DNA of 64,000 bases from an uncultured Actinomycetes bacterium (GCA_963767005.1 CAVYCN010000003.1:192001-256000); one strand, 5' to 3'; counted from the first letter of the stretch, positions 42,984-51,941 are shown. Notes: generated by a model from the sequence alone, not told the origin. Translations and numbers: made by a program.

Positions 42984-44051
42984 ATGCGGACACTCACCCT
43001 CGGCGATCGTGGCAAAGAAGTCTCCGACGTGCAGAAACGCCTGCACGCGCTGGGCTACGAGCTCGGCAGCGAGGGCGTCGACGGCTTTCTCGGGCCGCGC
43101 ACCCGCCTGGCCCTGCGCGCCTTTCAGCAGGAGCGCGGCCTGCTCGCCGACGGCGTCCTCGGGGCCAACACCTGGCGCGAGCTCGTCGAGGCCGGCTACG
43201 CGCTGGGCGACCGCCTGCTCTACCTGCGCGTGCCCAACTTCCGCGGCGACGACGTGCTCGCCCTGCAGGTGAAGCTCGACCTGCTCGGCTTCAACGCCGG
43301 CCCCGAGCGTGGCATCTTCGACAGGTCCGTCGAGCGCGCGCTGATCGACTTCCAGCGCAACGCCGGCCTGCCGTCCGACGGCATCGTCGGCGACGACACC
43401 CTGCGCAAGCTCGACGCGCTGCGCAAGGCCGAGTCGGGCCGCGAGGGCAAGAAGATCCCCGACCGCGACGAAGGCTTCGTGCCCGAGACCAGCCTGGCCG
43501 GCGCGGTCATCGTGATCGACCCCGGGCACGGTGGTCAGGACGTCGGCATCGTCTCGCCCGGCGGGCGGCGCGAGAAGGACCTCACGCTCGCCGTCGGCCT
43601 GCGCCTGGCCGAGATGCTGCGGGCCGAGGGCAGCCGCGTGGTCATGACGCGCGAATCCGACCAGACCGTGCCGCTCTACGTGCGCACCGACGCCGCCGAC
43701 ACGGCCACCGCGACCTACCTCGTCTCACTGCACTTCAACGCCAACGAGAGCCCCGCCGCGGACGGTGCCGTCTGTTACTACTTCCAGCGCAGCCACTACT
43801 ACTCCGAGCACGGCGCCCGCCTGGCCGACTACATCGGCGCCGAGGTCGGGCGCCTGTCCCCGGCCGGTTTCATCGCCGGCCTGGGGCGTAACTTCGCCAT
43901 GCTGCGCGAGCCCACCGCGATCGCCGTGCTGGTCGAGCCGCTGTTCCTCACCAACCCCGCCGACGACGCCCGCGCCGGGCGCGCCGACTACATCGAGGCC
44001 GTGGCACGCGCCATCGTGACCGGCTTCACGCGCTACCTCTCACGGGCGTGA
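42984..44051 (+). CDS. N-acetylmuramoyl-L-alanine amidase with two PG-binding domains (CwlM-like)
   Basis: Two PG_binding_1 repeats (AFQ..GL.ADG), DPGHGG, EKD, SLHFN, LVEP. Confidence 0.9.
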   Translation: MRTLTLGDRGKEVSDVQKRLHALGYELGSEGVDGFLGPRTRLALRAFQQERGLLADGVLGANTWRELVEAGYALGDRLLYLRVPNFRGDDVLALQVKLDLLGFNAGPERGIFDRSVERALIDFQRNAGLPSDGIVGDDTLRKLDALRKAESGREGKKIPDRDEGFVPETSLAGAVIVIDPGHGGQDVGIVSPGGRREKDLTLAVGLRLAEMLRAEGSRVVMTRESDQTVPLYVRTDAADTATATYLVSLHFNANESPAADGAVCYYFQRSHYYSEHGARLADYIGAEVGRLSPAGFIAGLGRNFAMLREPTAIAVLVEPLFLTNPADDARAGRADYIEAVARAIVTGFTRYLSRA

Positions 44052-44911
44052 GCACCGGGCCGACCGACGACGACGGCGGGATCGCTTTCACCGCGACCCA
44101 GCGCCAGCGCCTGCACGAGCTGGGCGCCGACGCCGCGGCCGGCGGGCGGACCTTCGCCGACGCGGGCGCGCGCGACGCGGCCTTCCGCGACCTCGAGACG
44201 AGCTTCGCCGCCGCCAGCCGCGCCGCCCTCGACGCGCTGCGCGCCGGGTCGCGCGTCCCGGCGCTGCGCCGTCTCGAACAGGCGCTGCGGGCGGCGCTCA
44301 GCGACGCCGGCCTGGTCGAAGTCGTGACGCCGACGATCGTCGGAGTCGAGGCGCTGCGCAAGATGGGCATCGAGCCGGGCGGCGAGCTTGCCGAGCAGGT
44401 CTTCTGGCTCGACCGCGACCGCTGCCTGCGGCCCATGCTCGCGCCCAACCTCTACACCCTGATGCGACGCCTGGCGCGGGTGTGGCGGCAGCCCTTCGCG
44501 ATCTACGAGATCGGCTCGTGCTTTCGCCGCGACACCAAGGGCAGCCGCCACCTGAACGAGTTCACGATGCTCAACCTCGTCGAGCTCGGCACGCCGCTCG
44601 AGCGCCGCGACGACCGCCTGCGCGAGCTCGCCGCGGTCGTGCTCGACGCGGCCGGCGTGACCGGCCACGAGCTCGTGCGCAAGCACTCCGAGGTGTACGG
44701 CGACGAGCTCGACGTAGTGGTCGCCGGCGTCGAGGTCTGCTCCACGGCCCTGGGGCCGCACCCGCTCGACGACGCCTGGGGCATCACCGATCCCTGGGTC
44801 GGCCTCGGCTTCGGGCTCGAGCGGCTGCTCGTGGCGCGCGACGGCCTGGCCGGCATCGAGCGCGTCGGCCGCAGCGTGAGCTACCTCGACGGCGTGCGGC
44901 TGCAGCTCTAG
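44048..44911 (+). CDS. pylSc: Pyrrolysine--tRNA ligase catalytic subunit (bacterial split type)
   Basis: TQRQRLHEL, VTPTI, QVFWLD, CLRPMLAPNLY, YEIGSCFR, HLNEFTMLN, VYGD, PWVGLGFGLERL, YLDGVRL; TAG stop. Confidence 0.96.
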   Translation: MSTGPTDDDGGIAFTATQRQRLHELGADAAAGGRTFADAGARDAAFRDLETSFAAASRAALDALRAGSRVPALRRLEQALRAALSDAGLVEVVTPTIVGVEALRKMGIEPGGELAEQVFWLDRDRCLRPMLAPNLYTLMRRLARVWRQPFAIYEIGSCFRRDTKGSRHLNEFTMLNLVELGTPLERRDDRLRELAAVVLDAAGVTGHELVRKHSEVYGDELDVVVAGVEVCSTALGPHPLDDAWGITDPWVGLGFGLERLLVARDGLAGIERVGRSVSYLDGVRLQL

Positions 44912-44977
44912 GCGGCGGCTCATGCGGGACGGGGCCGGTGAGGCTGCCGCCTCATCGGCCCCGTCCCATCGCCGCTC

Positions 44978-45535
44978 TCAGGCGGTCGCGCCCGCGCTCA
45001 CCGTCTCGGCCGGCTCCGCCGCCTTGACGAACTCGGCGTCGACGCTCAGCTTGACCTCGTCGCCGACGAGCAGGCCGCCAGCCTCGGTCACGACGTTCCA
45101 GGTGAGGCCGAAGTCCTTGCGGTTCAGCTTGCCGGTGGCCGACACGCCGATGCGCGTGTTGCCCCACGGGTCGGCGACCGGCCCCGATACCTCGGCGTCG
45201 AGCACGACCTCGCGGGTGACGTCCTTGATGGTGAGGTCGCCGGTGATCGCGTACCGGCCGTCGCCGCCCTCGACCCGCTTGACCACGTAGGTCATCTCCG
45301 GGTACGTCTGGGCGTCGAAGAAGTCGGGCGAGGCCAGGTGACCGTCGCGCTGGGCCTCGCGCGTGTTCACGCTGCCGGTCCGCACCGTCACGGTGCCGCG
45401 CGACCTGCTCAGGTCGTCCTCGTCGATGTCGGCGTCGATCGTGAAGTCGTCGAAGTGGCCGCGCACCGTCGAGACCACCATGTGGCGTACGGCGAACTCG
45501 AGGTTCGCATGCGTTCCGTCTGTCGTCCAGGCCAT
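44978..45535 (-). CDS. YceI family protein
   Basis: FAVRHM, VRG.F, RDGHL.S.DFF, GDLTIK, DPWGN, RKDFGL. Confidence 0.92.
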   Translation of the reverse strand: MAWTTDGTHANLEFAVRHMVVSTVRGHFDDFTIDADIDEDDLSRSRGTVTVRTGSVNTREAQRDGHLASPDFFDAQTYPEMTYVVKRVEGGDGRYAITGDLTIKDVTREVVLDAEVSGPVADPWGNTRIGVSATGKLNRKDFGLTWNVVTEAGGLLVGDEVKLSVDAEFVKAAEPAETVSAGATA

Positions 45536-45556
45536 CGTGCCCTCCTTTGAAGCATG

Positions 45557-45603
45557 ATGTTTGGCTGGCCAACAAAGTACCCGATAGTTGGCCAGCCAAA
45601 CAT
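45557..45603. promoter_or_regulatory. Likely MarR operator pair (17-bp inverted repeat)
   Basis: atgtttggctggccaac-13 bp-gttggccagccaaacat between divergent yceI and marR; each arm contains TTGGC-N2-GCCAA. Confidence 0.75.
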
Positions 45604-45620
45604 TCGGGTAGACTACGAGC

Positions 45621-46283
45621 ATGACTCCTGCGGGCAGACACGATGCAGCACGAGCGCCGGGCGGAGACCCCGCCCATCAGGCGACCCCGGCGCCGGCTGC
45701 CTGCGGCGCGGGCCCGTGCGCCGCGTCCGACGCGGACGCCGTCTCAGGCGCACGCACCGGCGAGTCACCCTGCGCGGGCCAGGAGACCGCGGCGCCGGAG
45801 GGGCTCGTCTGCGAGCACTGGCCGCGCAGCACCGCCCTCGCCGAGCGCACCGGCCCGACGGTGCACGCCGTGTTCCGCCTGTCGCGCATGCACCGCACGA
45901 TGGCCGGCCGCCTGCTGCGCGACCTCGGCCTGGCGCCCGGTCAGGAGCTCCTGCTGCTGCAGCTCTGGGACCGCGACCGCTGCTCGCAGACCGACCTCGT
46001 CGAGCGCCTCGGCATCGACCCGTCGACGGTGACCAAGATGCTGCAGCGTCTCGAGCGCGGCGGCTGGGTGCGCCGCGAGCCGTCGCCCGACGACGGGCGC
46101 GTGATGCTGGTGACCCTGACCGCCGCCGGCCGCGACCTGCAGGCCGCGGTCACCGACCTCTGGCGGCAGCTCGAGCACGAGACCGTGAAAACGCTGGCCG
46201 ACGAGGACCGGGCGGAGCTGCTGCGCCTGCTGCGCAAGGTCGAGACCGGCCTGCGCGCCACCTGCCCCGGCGGCGACGGCTGA
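45621..46283 (+). CDS. MarR family regulator
   Basis: SQTDL...IDPSTVTKMLQRLE, DGRV..V.LT; leaderless (TAGACT 6 nt before the ATG). Confidence 0.9.
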   Translation: MTPAGRHDAARAPGGDPAHQATPAPAACGAGPCAASDADAVSGARTGESPCAGQETAAPEGLVCEHWPRSTALAERTGPTVHAVFRLSRMHRTMAGRLLRDLGLAPGQELLLLQLWDRDRCSQTDLVERLGIDPSTVTKMLQRLERGGWVRREPSPDDGRVMLVTLTAAGRDLQAAVTDLWRQLEHETVKTLADEDRAELLRLLRKVETGLRATCPGGDG

Positions 46284-46290
46284 ACAACGA

Positions 46291-46331
46291 GGACCGGCCG
46301 GGCGGCGCCTGCGGCGCCGCCCGGCCGGTCC
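46291..46331. terminator. Bidirectional hairpin terminator
   Basis: Perfect 19-bp stem with 3-nt loop between convergent genes. Confidence 0.8.
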
Positions 46332-46353
46332 GTCTTCCGCCTCTTGTCGCGCC

Positions 46354-46995
46354 TTACCTGCCGAGCAGGGCGTCGATCTTCTTGACGCCGTCCGAGGCGT
46401 CCTCGGCGTAGGCGTCGGCGCCGATCTGGTCGGCCCAGCGCTGCGTGCAGGGGGCACCGCCGACCACGGTCTTGAAGGGCAGGCCCTCGTCGCGGATGAT
46501 CTTGATGACGCGGCGCTGCTCTTCCATCGTGGTGGTCAAAAGGGCGCTCATGCCGATGATGTCGGCGCCCTGCTCCTTGGCGCGGGCGATGAAGGTCTCG
46601 GCCGGCACGTCGCGGCCGCAGTCGGTGACGTCGTAGCCGTGGGCCTTCAGGTAGGCGATCACGATCGCCTTGCCGATGTCGTGCACGTCGCCCTGCACGG
46701 TGCCGATGATGACGGTGCCCTTCTTCTCGGCGGCGCCGCCCTCTAAGGCCGCGTTACAGACCCGGGTGGCGGCGTCCATCGCCTGGGCGGCGAGCATGAG
46801 CTCGGGCAAAAAGACCTCGCCCGACTCGAAGAGGTCGCCGACCTCGCTGATGCCGGCCACGAAACCCTTGTTGACGATCTCGCCGGGGCTCATGCCGGCC
46901 GCCAGGGCGCGCGTGGCGACGTCCTCGGCGGCGGCGGCGTCGTAGTTGACGATCGAATCGATCGCTTCCTGGATGAGCTCGTCTGTGTTGGCCAT
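46354..46995 (-). CDS. Methylamine-type methyltransferase corrinoid protein (MttC/MtbC-like)
   Basis: FLPEL cap, GDVHDIGK, SALLTTTM, VGGAP.TQRWADQIGAD; SD GAGGAGGAG. Confidence 0.93.
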   Translation of the reverse strand: MANTDELIQEAIDSIVNYDAAAAEDVATRALAAGMSPGEIVNKGFVAGISEVGDLFESGEVFLPELMLAAQAMDAATRVCNAALEGGAAEKKGTVIIGTVQGDVHDIGKAIVIAYLKAHGYDVTDCGRDVPAETFIARAKEQGADIIGMSALLTTTMEEQRRVIKIIRDEGLPFKTVVGGAPCTQRWADQIGADAYAEDASDGVKKIDALLGR

Positions 46996-47184
46996 AGCGT
47001 GCAACTCCTCCTCAAGAAGTCTGCCGTCCACTCGCCTCGCAAGCGATGGGTGCGCAAGCCCGGCGAACCGCGCCCGTACGCGTGGCGACGGTCCGCTTCG
47101 TTCGCGCACAAGTATACAGGTTCGCCCGAGCGCAAGCGTCCCACGGCGAGCGCCGGCGACACCGCGTGTTGGTACAATCGGGCC

Positions 47185-48063
47185 ATGCGTTACGTCGGCG
47201 CCGTCATCCGTCCGCCCAGCGAGGCTGCGAGCCTGATCGTACAGGTCACCTACGGCTGCTCCAACGCCTCGTGCGACTTCTGCTCGACCTACCTCGACAA
47301 GCCCTTCGCAGTGCGCCCCGCCGACGAGGTCGAGCAGGACCTGGCCGACCTGCCGCTCGCCATCAAGGAGCGCGTGCGCCGCGTCTTTCTGGCCGACGGC
47401 GACGCCCTCGCGCTGTCGCGCCGCCGGCTCGAGCACATCCTCGGGCTGCTGCGCCGCGAGCTGCCGGCCCTGGAGCGCGTGAGCTCCTACGCCAACGCCC
47501 GCAACCTGCTCACCAAGAGTCCCGACGACCTGGGCGCGATCCGCGCCGCCGGGCTCGAGCTGCTCTACCTGGGCCTCGAGTCGGGCGACGAGGAGACCCT
47601 CGCCGCCATCCACAAGGGCATCACCGTGGCCGAGCAGATCGAGGGTTGCGCCCGCGCGACGGCGGCCGGCTTCGAGCTCTCGGTCACCGCCATCCTCGGC
47701 CTGGCCGGGCCCGCACGCTCGCTCGCCCACGCGCGCGCCACGGGCGCCGCCCTGTCGGCCATCGACCCGCGCTACATCGGCGTGCTCAGCCTCATGGTCG
47801 AGCCCGGTACGCGCACGGCGGCGCGGGTCGCGTCGGGCGAGTTCGTCGTGCCCGACGCCTTCACCATGCTGCGCGAGCTGCGCGAGATCGTCGCCACGAC
47901 CGACGTGACCGACGCGCTGTTCCGCTCGAACCACGCCTCGAACTACCTGCCGGTCGGTGGCCGCCTGCCGCGCGACAGGGACGCCATGGTGGCGGCCCTC
48001 GACGGCGTGCTGTCGGCGCCCGACCGGGCCCGTCTCAAGCCCGAGGAGTGGCGCCTGCTGTAG
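47185..48063 (+). CDS. Radical SAM protein
   Basis: IRPPSEA, CSNASCDFC, FLADGD, GLESG, RSNHASNY; leaderless (TGGTACAAT); TAG stop. Confidence 0.88.
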   Translation: MRYVGAVIRPPSEAASLIVQVTYGCSNASCDFCSTYLDKPFAVRPADEVEQDLADLPLAIKERVRRVFLADGDALALSRRRLEHILGLLRRELPALERVSSYANARNLLTKSPDDLGAIRAAGLELLYLGLESGDEETLAAIHKGITVAEQIEGCARATAAGFELSVTAILGLAGPARSLAHARATGAALSAIDPRYIGVLSLMVEPGTRTAARVASGEFVVPDAFTMLRELREIVATTDVTDALFRSNHASNYLPVGGRLPRDRDAMVAALDGVLSAPDRARLKPEEWRLL

Positions 48064-48091
48064 CGGCTGGTGGCGCGACCGCGTCGCGCGG

Positions 48092-48433
48092 CTAGTGTCC
48101 GGTGTCCCGCTCGCGCAGGAACGACCCGTAGCCCCGCCGGAACTTGGTCGCGGCGTACTTCTGCAGCTTCCACTCCGGGATGCGGCACTGCGGGCAGGCC
48201 TCGAAGAAGAGCTTGTTGCGCAGCCAGCGCGCCGAGCGGCTCGTCTTGGAGTCGCGCACGATCATGACCTTGCCGCAATGGGTAGTCAGGCGCGCCCTGC
48301 TGCCCAGCACCTCGAACTCCTTGACGCCGTGCAGCAGGCCGCGGCGCGAGGGCCACAGCTTCATCTTCTCGACGAGCCTGAAGAGCGGCACCTGCTTGCG
48401 GTAGTAGACGACCTTGTTGGGATCGGTGGGCAC
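48092..48433 (-). CDS. pylSn: Pyrrolysine--tRNA ligase N-terminal tRNA-binding subunit
   Basis: LVEKMKLWPSRRGLLHGVK, THCG, DSKTSRSARWLRNK, CPQCRIPEWKL; leaderless (TGCTACACT); TAG stop. Confidence 0.95.
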   Translation of the reverse strand: MPTDPNKVVYYRKQVPLFRLVEKMKLWPSRRGLLHGVKEFEVLGSRARLTTHCGKVMIVRDSKTSRSARWLRNKLFFEACPQCRIPEWKLQKYAATKFRRGYGSFLRERDTGH

Positions 48434-48523
48434 GCCTGCGAGTGTAGCAAAGCCGGGCGGCCGCGAGGAACGCGGGCGGCGGCGCCGAAGCGGAACTTTT
48501 CACAGTCGTCTATCATCTGACCA

Positions 48524-50908
48524 GTGGCGCGACAGGCAGGCGCGGCCAGCGAGCGAGCGGAGTCGCACGAGGTGACGGGCAGGACCGAAGGAGCACGACG
48601 GCGGGGCGCCGGGCGTCCCCACGCCGTGCGCCTACGCCCCGCCCCGGGCACACGCCTCCACCGCCGCCTGCCGATCACGGCCTGGCTACCCACCTATCAG
48701 CGCCGCTTCCTGCGCGACGACACGATCGCCGCGCTGACCGTCATCGGCCTGCTCCTGCCCGAGTGCATGGCCTACGCGCAGATCGCCGGCGTGCCGCCCC
48801 AGGCCGGCCTCTACGCCACGCTGGCCGGCCTGACCGTCTACGCCCTCTTCGGCACCTCGCGCCAGATCATCTGCTCGCCGACCTCGACGGCCGCCATCAT
48901 GGCGGCCGCCGTCGTGGCCGCGCACGGCAGTCGCAGCCCCGCGCAGGCCATCACTCTGGTGGCGATGGTGGCCGTCATCGTCGGCCTGTTCATGGTGATC
49001 GCCGGCGTCGCCCGCCTCGGCTTCATCTCGGAGTTCCTCGCCCGCCCCGTGGTCACCGGCTACGTGACCGGCCTGGCGATGACCATCATCGCGCGGCAGG
49101 TGCCGAGCCTGCTCGGCATCCACGTCACGACCTCGGCCGACTTCTTCCGGGTCGCCTGGGCCGACCTCACGCACCTCGACGAGGCCAGCCTGGCGACGGC
49201 CGCGCTCAGCGCGGTCGCCCTCACCCTCCTGTTCCTCGCCCGGCGCTGGCCGCGCTTGCCGGGCGCGCTCACCGTGCTCGTGCTCGGCGTGATCGCGGCG
49301 GCCGTCCTGCACCTTGGCAGTCACGGCGTGGCCGTCGTGGGCACCATCCCGAGCGGCCTGCCGCTGCCGCGGCTGCCCCACCTGCACGGCGTCGACCTCG
49401 TCACGCTGCTGCCCAGCGCCGCCGGCATCGCCATCGTCGTCTACGCCGAGGCGCTGTCCGGGGCGCGGACCTTCGCCGTGCGCCATAGCTACGAGATCGA
49501 CGCCAACCAGGAGCTCGTGGCGCTCGGCCTGTCGAACATGAGCTCCGGCGCCTTCGGCGGCATCGTCGTGAGCGGCGGCCTGTCGGGCTCCGCCCTCGCC
49601 GACACGAGCGGCGCGCAGTCGCAGCTCACCGCCCTGATCGGCGCCGGCGTGCTGCTCGTCATGGTCTTCACCGTCACGCGCGTCGGCCACGACCTGCCCG
49701 AGGCGATCCTCGGCGCGGTCGTGGTGCGCGCCGTCTGGGGCCTGATCGACTTCGGCGCCCTGCGTCGCTTCGCCGGCGTGCGCGTGCTCGACGCCGCCCC
49801 GGCGGTCGCCGCTCTCATCGGCGTCCTCGCTCTGGGCGTGCTGCCCGGCCTGGGGGTGGCCGTCGGTCTGTCGCTCGCCATCCTGATCTACCGCTCGAGC
49901 CGGCCCCACGCCGCGGTGCTCGGGCGGGTGCCCCACTCCAAGACCTACAGCGACGTGTCGCGCCATCCCGAGAACGAGACGTTCCCCGGCCTGCTGATCT
50001 TCCGTCTCGACGGCCAGCTCTTCTTCGCCAATGCCGGCTTTGCCGTCGACCGTCTGAACCAGTTGCTCTCCGCCATGCAACCGTCGCCCCGCGTCGTGAT
50101 CTGGAACATGGAGTCGACCACCGACCTCGACGTGACGGCCGCCGAGACGCTGCTGCGCCTCACCCGCACCCTGCGCGAGAGCGGCCGCGACGTCGTGTTC
50201 GCCCGCGTCGGCTCGGCCGTGATCGACGTCTTCGGGCGCTGCGGCATGCTCGAGCTGATCGGCGAGGACCACCTCTTCCTCACGGTGGACAGCGCCGTGC
50301 AGGACTGCCTGCACAGCCGCCTCGCGGTGATCGCGGCGCTCGAGGCGCAGCTCAAAGAGGCGACGGCGGCCTGCATCATCGCTCACGGCGTGGCCGCCGG
50401 CGAGGTCACCGTGGCCGACGCCTACCGGACGATCGCCGACATCGAGGGCCGCGGCGACGCCATGCGTGGCGAGCTCGTCGCCCGCCTGTCGGGCGTGCTC
50501 GTCGCGCCGATCGACCGCGAGGACCTGTTCCGCCTCTCGCGCTCGATCGACGACGTCCTCGACAACCTGCGCGACTTCATCCGCGAGTGGGACCTCTACG
50601 AGATCGATGCCGCGAGCGCCTACCTGGGCCTGCTCGACGCCACCGCCGACGCGATCGCCGACCTCAAGCGCGCCGTACACGCCGTGGCCACCGACCCCAA
50701 GGACGTGAAGCAGGCGCTCACCTCGAAGGAGTCGGCCGAGGAGATCCGCCGGCTCTACGACGTCGAGCTCGGCCGGCTGTTCCACGGCACGCTCACGATG
50801 GAGGTCGTGAAGTGCCGCGAGGTGCTGCGCAGGCTCGACGTCGTCGGCCTGCGCTTGAACGAGGCCGCCGACCGGCTCTCCGACGCGGCCATCAAGCGCT
50901 GGGCCTGA
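48524..50908 (+). CDS. SulP (SLC26) anion transporter with STAS domain and C-terminal DUF47-like domain
   Basis: PECMAYAQIAG, NQELVALG, LFFANA/STAS, then IEGRGD...PIDREDL; TATCAT 7 nt before the GTG. Confidence 0.88.
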   Translation: MARQAGAASERAESHEVTGRTEGARRRGAGRPHAVRLRPAPGTRLHRRLPITAWLPTYQRRFLRDDTIAALTVIGLLLPECMAYAQIAGVPPQAGLYATLAGLTVYALFGTSRQIICSPTSTAAIMAAAVVAAHGSRSPAQAITLVAMVAVIVGLFMVIAGVARLGFISEFLARPVVTGYVTGLAMTIIARQVPSLLGIHVTTSADFFRVAWADLTHLDEASLATAALSAVALTLLFLARRWPRLPGALTVLVLGVIAAAVLHLGSHGVAVVGTIPSGLPLPRLPHLHGVDLVTLLPSAAGIAIVVYAEALSGARTFAVRHSYEIDANQELVALGLSNMSSGAFGGIVVSGGLSGSALADTSGAQSQLTALIGAGVLLVMVFTVTRVGHDLPEAILGAVVVRAVWGLIDFGALRRFAGVRVLDAAPAVAALIGVLALGVLPGLGVAVGLSLAILIYRSSRPHAAVLGRVPHSKTYSDVSRHPENETFPGLLIFRLDGQLFFANAGFAVDRLNQLLSAMQPSPRVVIWNMESTTDLDVTAAETLLRLTRTLRESGRDVVFARVGSAVIDVFGRCGMLELIGEDHLFLTVDSAVQDCLHSRLAVIAALEAQLKEATAACIIAHGVAAGEVTVADAYRTIADIEGRGDAMRGELVARLSGVLVAPIDREDLFRLSRSIDDVLDNLRDFIREWDLYEIDAASAYLGLLDATADAIADLKRAVHAVATDPKDVKQALTSKESAEEIRRLYDVELGRLFHGTLTMEVVKCREVLRRLDVVGLRLNEAADRLSDAAIKRWA

Positions 50909-50985
50909 GGGAGCGCACCCGGCTCACCGCGACCGCGGTGGATCAGGAGAAAGTCGTTCGGGGTCTTCCTGTGCAGGGAGATCGG

Positions 50986-51058
50986 TGGCGGGGAGTAGGG
51001 GAGTTACACCCCTCTACGTGGATTTAGAGTCCACGCTGATCCTTCCGATCGACCCCCC
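50986..51058 (-). tRNA. pylT: tRNA-Pyl, anticodon CUA
   Basis: GGGGGGU C GAUC GGAAG GAUC AG CGUGGA CUCUAAA UCCACG UAG AGGGG UGUAACU CCCCU ACUCCCC G CCA: 1-nt connector, 5-nt D loop, 6-bp anticodon stem, no TpsiC, G discriminator, encoded CCA. Confidence 0.97.
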
Positions 51059-51101
51059 GCGCCGAGGCCAAGGGTAGCTCATCGGCGGCCGCGCGACAAA
51101 G

Positions 51102-51923
51102 TCAGCGCGTGAGCGCCTCGACGGCCATCGCGGCCACACCGAGGGCGAGCGGCTCGTGCACGAGCCGCTCGCCCAGCGCCCGGGCCGCGGCTGCCGTGAC
51201 GCCGGGCGGCAGGCCCGGCGAGCTCACCACGCCGTCGCTGCCCACCCAGCCGGCGTCGATCAGGTCGGGCGTGGGGGTGGCGTCGAGCACGAACCGGCTG
51301 CGCGCGAGGCCGTCGGCCAGCGTGACCGGCGTGACCTGCGGCAGCTCGGCGACGATGGGCGCGAGACGCGCCTCGTCGCGCTCGCAGACGAGCACGTCGG
51401 CGCCGAGCGTGACCAGACGGGCGGCGGCGGCCCGGCCGACGGGGCCGAGGCCGATCAGCAGGACGGGCCGGCCGGCGAGGCCGGCGGGCCCGGCGGCGGC
51501 CGCGAGCGCCGCGACGTAGGCGTGCGCCGTGCAGGGATCGTCGTCGGCGACCACGCGGCGCGCGAAGTCGAGCGCCAGGAACCTGCCGTCGTCGGCGGCG
51601 AAGACGAGGTCGTCGCCGGCCTTCAGGGCCTCGCCGAAGCCGGCCACGTCGGTGGCGTCGGTCACGCGGGCGCGGCAGCCCAGGCGGGCGCAGATGGCGG
51701 CGACGCAGTCGACGAAGCCGGGGATGACGCCCTCGCCGCTCGTGATCGGCACGACGGCGACGGCGGCCTGGGCGAGGGCGTCGCGGGCGACACCCGCGGA
51801 TGCGCCGCAGGCCCGCGCGGCCAGTGCGACGAAGTCGCAGCCGGTGAGCGCCACCAGGCGCCCCTCGACCTCGTCGAGATGCGCGGTCAGCGTACGGACG
51901 TCGTCCTCGACCAGTCTCGTCAC
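51102..51923 (-). CDS. pylD: 3-methylornithyl-N6-L-lysine dehydrogenase
   Basis: MTRL, VPITSGEGVIPGF, TDVAG, AADD, IGLGPVG, HEPLALGVAAM. Confidence 0.93.
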   Translation of the reverse strand: MTRLVEDDVRTLTAHLDEVEGRLVALTGCDFVALAARACGASAGVARDALAQAAVAVVPITSGEGVIPGFVDCVAAICARLGCRARVTDATDVAGFGEALKAGDDLVFAADDGRFLALDFARRVVADDDPCTAHAYVAALAAAAGPAGLAGRPVLLIGLGPVGRAAAARLVTLGADVLVCERDEARLAPIVAELPQVTPVTLADGLARSRFVLDATPTPDLIDAGWVGSDGVVSSPGLPPGVTAAAARALGERLVHEPLALGVAAMAVEALTR

Positions 51924-51941
51924 CGCGACTCCTCCTCGCCC

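Noticed and set aside
48434-50985. sulP as an element integrated at the tRNA-Pyl 3' end
   Set aside because: No duplicated tRNA 3' end, integrase or terminal repeats seen
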